DNA of 64,000 nucleotides, taken from NCBI GenBank assembly GCA_044892505.1, contig CM097884.1:129022001-129086000 (forward strand), written 5' to 3'. A program made the translations under genes and the position numbers. Of the stretch, positions 61,477-64,000 are shown one piece after another. The notes beneath the pieces are model-generated. The model was not told the origin of the DNA. It did no database searches and saw nothing but the letters and a program-made list of their open reading frames with translations. Position 1 is the stretch's first letter. The number at the start of each line of letters is the position of its first letter. The DNA comes from Schmidtea nova. Its lineage: Eukaryota.

Positions 61477-62478
61477 CCCTGTTTTTTGGTTATAAGGTAC
61501 TACTCCCTACTAAGGTACGACATTATTAAAGTTTTTGGAAGCCCACGATTTTTGTACTATCTTTACAAAGGTACCACTTTTTACTAAGGTACTAATTCTA
61601 CGTTATAATATTTAATAAAATATTTTTTTAAAAATTAAGATACTAATAATAAATCAATAATTTTTTTTAATTATATAATTAATTTAACAAATTCAAATTA
61701 AATTGAAAAATGGCAGACAAAAAACGAAAAACATATACAATACAATTTAAAGAAGCTGCTGTGAATTCATCCATTTCAAAAGCAATTGAACATTATGGCT
61801 GTCACATTAACCTCATCAAGCGATGGAAAAAACAAAAAGATCTTCTGCAATCAATTGGGAATAAAAATGCAAAAGTAGTCAAGAGAATTCGACCCATTCA
61901 ATGACCAGCATTGGAGGATTATTTGAAGAAATGGGTTATTCAGCAGAGAAAAAATGGATTTCCAGTTTCTGGAACATCAATTTTGCGAGAAGCTCGAGCA
62001 CAGGCAATACAAATGAAAATTAACAACTTCAAAGGATCTGGAAATATGAAGCGAGCTTCCTACGAAGAGATTTGTCATTGGATATCTGAGGCATGGAAGG
62101 CAGTACCAGTTTCTGCAATAAAAATGGTTTCAGATCGATAACCATTGATTTTTATACAGAAGACTTGGATGATATTAATGAGCCAATGGTTGAGGATTGT
62201 TGGATGATAAAGATGAAGAAGAAAAAGACGATAATGATATTCGTGATCAGCTTATTGATATATTTCTTGATGGAGAAAACTTTGCTAGTGAAGAGGAAGT
62301 AGAATTTTTTGAATAAAAATTTTTAATACTTTTTATATTTTCTGAGTATAAATTTTTTTACCGTTTTTTTCTAAGGTTCCACTTGATACTAATGTACCAT
62401 TCTTTACTAAGGTACCTTTTGGCTCAAAAAAAACTTTTAAAGTTTACTAAGGTCGTACCTTATAACCAAAAAACAGGG
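61477..62478 (+). mobile_element. Internally deleted pogo element (Brinker-DBD/CENP-B type)
   Basis: Perfect 24-bp TIRs ccctgttttttggttataaggtac, TA flanks, subterminal actaaggtac repeats. ORF pieces 61710-61904 (RKTYTIQFK) and 61911-62141 (CENP-B HTH fused to the C-terminal helix); the DDE core is absent. Confidence 0.9.
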
Positions 62479-62596
62479 TAAATTTTTTTCTCTGTTTTAT
62501 TTAAAACTAGCTGAGAAAATTATAATTTCCCGGCGAAAAATGTTGAAAATTTTCTACTTATTAGTATAAGCTGTTTAAAATTTGATTTTATTTCAG

Positions 62597-64000
62597 ATGT
62601 CGGTTCGACAAATATTGTACATTATTTCCATATTTCTGATTGACTTTGCGTTGTCGGATAATTGTCCGAGCGTCTGCCAAGAAATGGCATGCAAAACAGG
62701 AATCCTTACTTGCCCAGACGGAGGACTGAAAAGTATTCCTGAGCATCTGCCTGCCTCGACAACAAAAGTGTTATTAGTCGGTCACATATTTGACAATCCG
62801 CAATTAAGTGGGGCTAACTTCACGAATTACGCCGCATTTAACATTGCTAAACTCACCTTGCTTAATTGTTCCATCAACTCAATTGAGCCGTACACTTTTT
62901 ACCACATGACTCAACTGCAAACTCTCGATTTGTCGAAAAATAAAATCAAACTTATTAAGCCGAATACTTTCCGTGGTTTAACTCTCAGTTTTCTCAGATT
63001 GGATGAAAATAAAAACATTGAGCTGAGAAAGAATTCGTTTTCCGGTTTAAAAGTAAAGAAATTAAGCCTCAATGACTGTGATCTGAATGAGCTGAACTAC
63101 GATAGCTTTGCGGATTTGATTGGCAATTTAGAGAGGCTGACTCTAACGCAAAACAATTTGCGCATAATTGACTCGAAATTCACCAACATATTCCGCTCTC
63201 TGGTAGAATTAGAGTTGAACAACAATCCGTTAGATTGTTCCTGTGATATGAAATGGCTTTCAGGAGTTTTGAGGTATCGTCAGACCATCCAGAAAGACAA
63301 AAAGAAGGATGACAATCTCGCTCGGTGTGCTACACCGCCGGATTTGACGAATAAACTGATTCATTTGTTAAATGATTCGAGTTACATTTGCGGAACCCCG
63401 AGTTTGGTGGAGCTTGACTTGTTTATTCTCTCAAATGACAGTGCTAAATTGAGTTGCGTCACGGCTAGAAATCAGAACTCTCGAATCATGTGGCATTTCT
63501 ACGACAAAGACGGCTATAGGATCTTTCCGAATTCTATGTCTCAGATGTACAATTCAACTATTAAAATCAAACGAAAATACCAGACCGATAAATATTTCTG
63601 TTCAGCTCACAATCTGAACGGCAATTCAACAATCGAAATCCGAATCAAATGGCCGCAATTCTATCACAGAACCACTTACTATCCAACGGGTGTAAATAAA
63701 AAACTCCCCCATCCTTCATATGACAAAGATTTTTTCTTCCAACGGCAATTCACGCTGTTGGAAATGATCGGCGGAGTCGTCGGAACATTCACCGGAACTT
63801 TGTTGTTGTTTCTGTTGATTTATCGATGCTTCATTCAAAAGCACCGGAAAGAAAGTCGGAAACGAAAATTGTATGAAACGGTAATCTATTCCGACTCTCA
63901 AACCTATGACATTCCACACCAGCCTTATTATCCGATTCATGCCTACCAAACCAGTCCAGCACATTATTTAGATTTCAAAAATCCACAATTGGTTAACAAT
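62597..64000 (+). CDS. Host LRR + Ig-domain type I transmembrane protein (ORF runs off the window, at least 468 aa)
   Basis: ATG directly after a splice acceptor (tttcag). Signal peptide; LRRNT (CPSVC..C...C); ~6 LRRs (LQTLDLSKNKI, LERLTLTQNNL); LRRCT (NNPLDCSCDMKWL...C..P); Ig (LSC..W..YFCSAHN); TM (MIGGVVGTFTGTLLLFLLIY); basic stop-transfer and Tyr-rich tail. No stop in frame; missing from the ORF track. Confidence 0.92.
   Translation, partial: MSVRQILYIISIFLIDFALSDNCPSVCQEMACKTGILTCPDGGLKSIPEHLPASTTKVLLVGHIFDNPQLSGANFTNYAAFNIAKLTLLNCSINSIEPYTFYHMTQLQTLDLSKNKIKLIKPNTFRGLTLSFLRLDENKNIELRKNSFSGLKVKKLSLNDCDLNELNYDSFADLIGNLERLTLTQNNLRIIDSKFTNIFRSLVELELNNNPLDCSCDMKWLSGVLRYRQTIQKDKKKDDNLARCATPPDLTNKLIHLLNDSSYICGTPSLVELDLFILSNDSAKLSCVTARNQNSRIMWHFYDKDGYRIFPNSMSQMYNSTIKIKRKYQTDKYFCSAHNLNGNSTIEIRIKWPQFYHRTTYYPTGVNKKLPHPSYDKDFFFQRQFTLLEMIGGVVGTFTGTLLLFLLIYRCFIQKHRKESRKRKLYETVIYSDSQTYDIPHQPYYPIHAYQTSPAHYLDFKNPQLVNN

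Overview
AT-rich eukaryotic (invertebrate-like) genomic DNA with 13 N-gaps, dominated by transposable elements. The centrepiece is a near-intact ~17 kb Polinton/Maverick (adintovirus-like endogenous dsDNA virus) at 17778 to ~34780. It has >1.2 kb TIRs starting AGTAGT. On the minus strand it carries pPolB, a DEDD/Maelstrom-like ORF, adenain protease, major and minor capsid, two putative core proteins, a retroviral-type integrase and a packaging ATPase. A divergent plus-strand block encodes a TATA-binding-protein (TBP) homologue and two orphan ORFs. Several viral genes contain 37-53 nt GT-AG introns that the ORF track misses. The TIRs are built from dense arrays of nuclear-receptor-like AGGTCA motifs and carry a flip/flop hairpin pair. 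The Polinton sits in a microsatellite inside the 5' LTR of a decayed Gypsy element (17688-39958). Elsewhere there are three copies of a ~135 bp repeat with a minimal type-I hammerhead-ribozyme motif (U3-A8 core variant), one intact DD34E Tc1/IS630-like transposon, several decayed pogo/Tigger, Tc1, mariner and hAT/Buster elements and MITEs, and, at the right edge, a host LRR-Ig-TM receptor ORF (62597 to window end) absent from the ORF track. All homology calls are from motif recognition by eye; no database searches were run.
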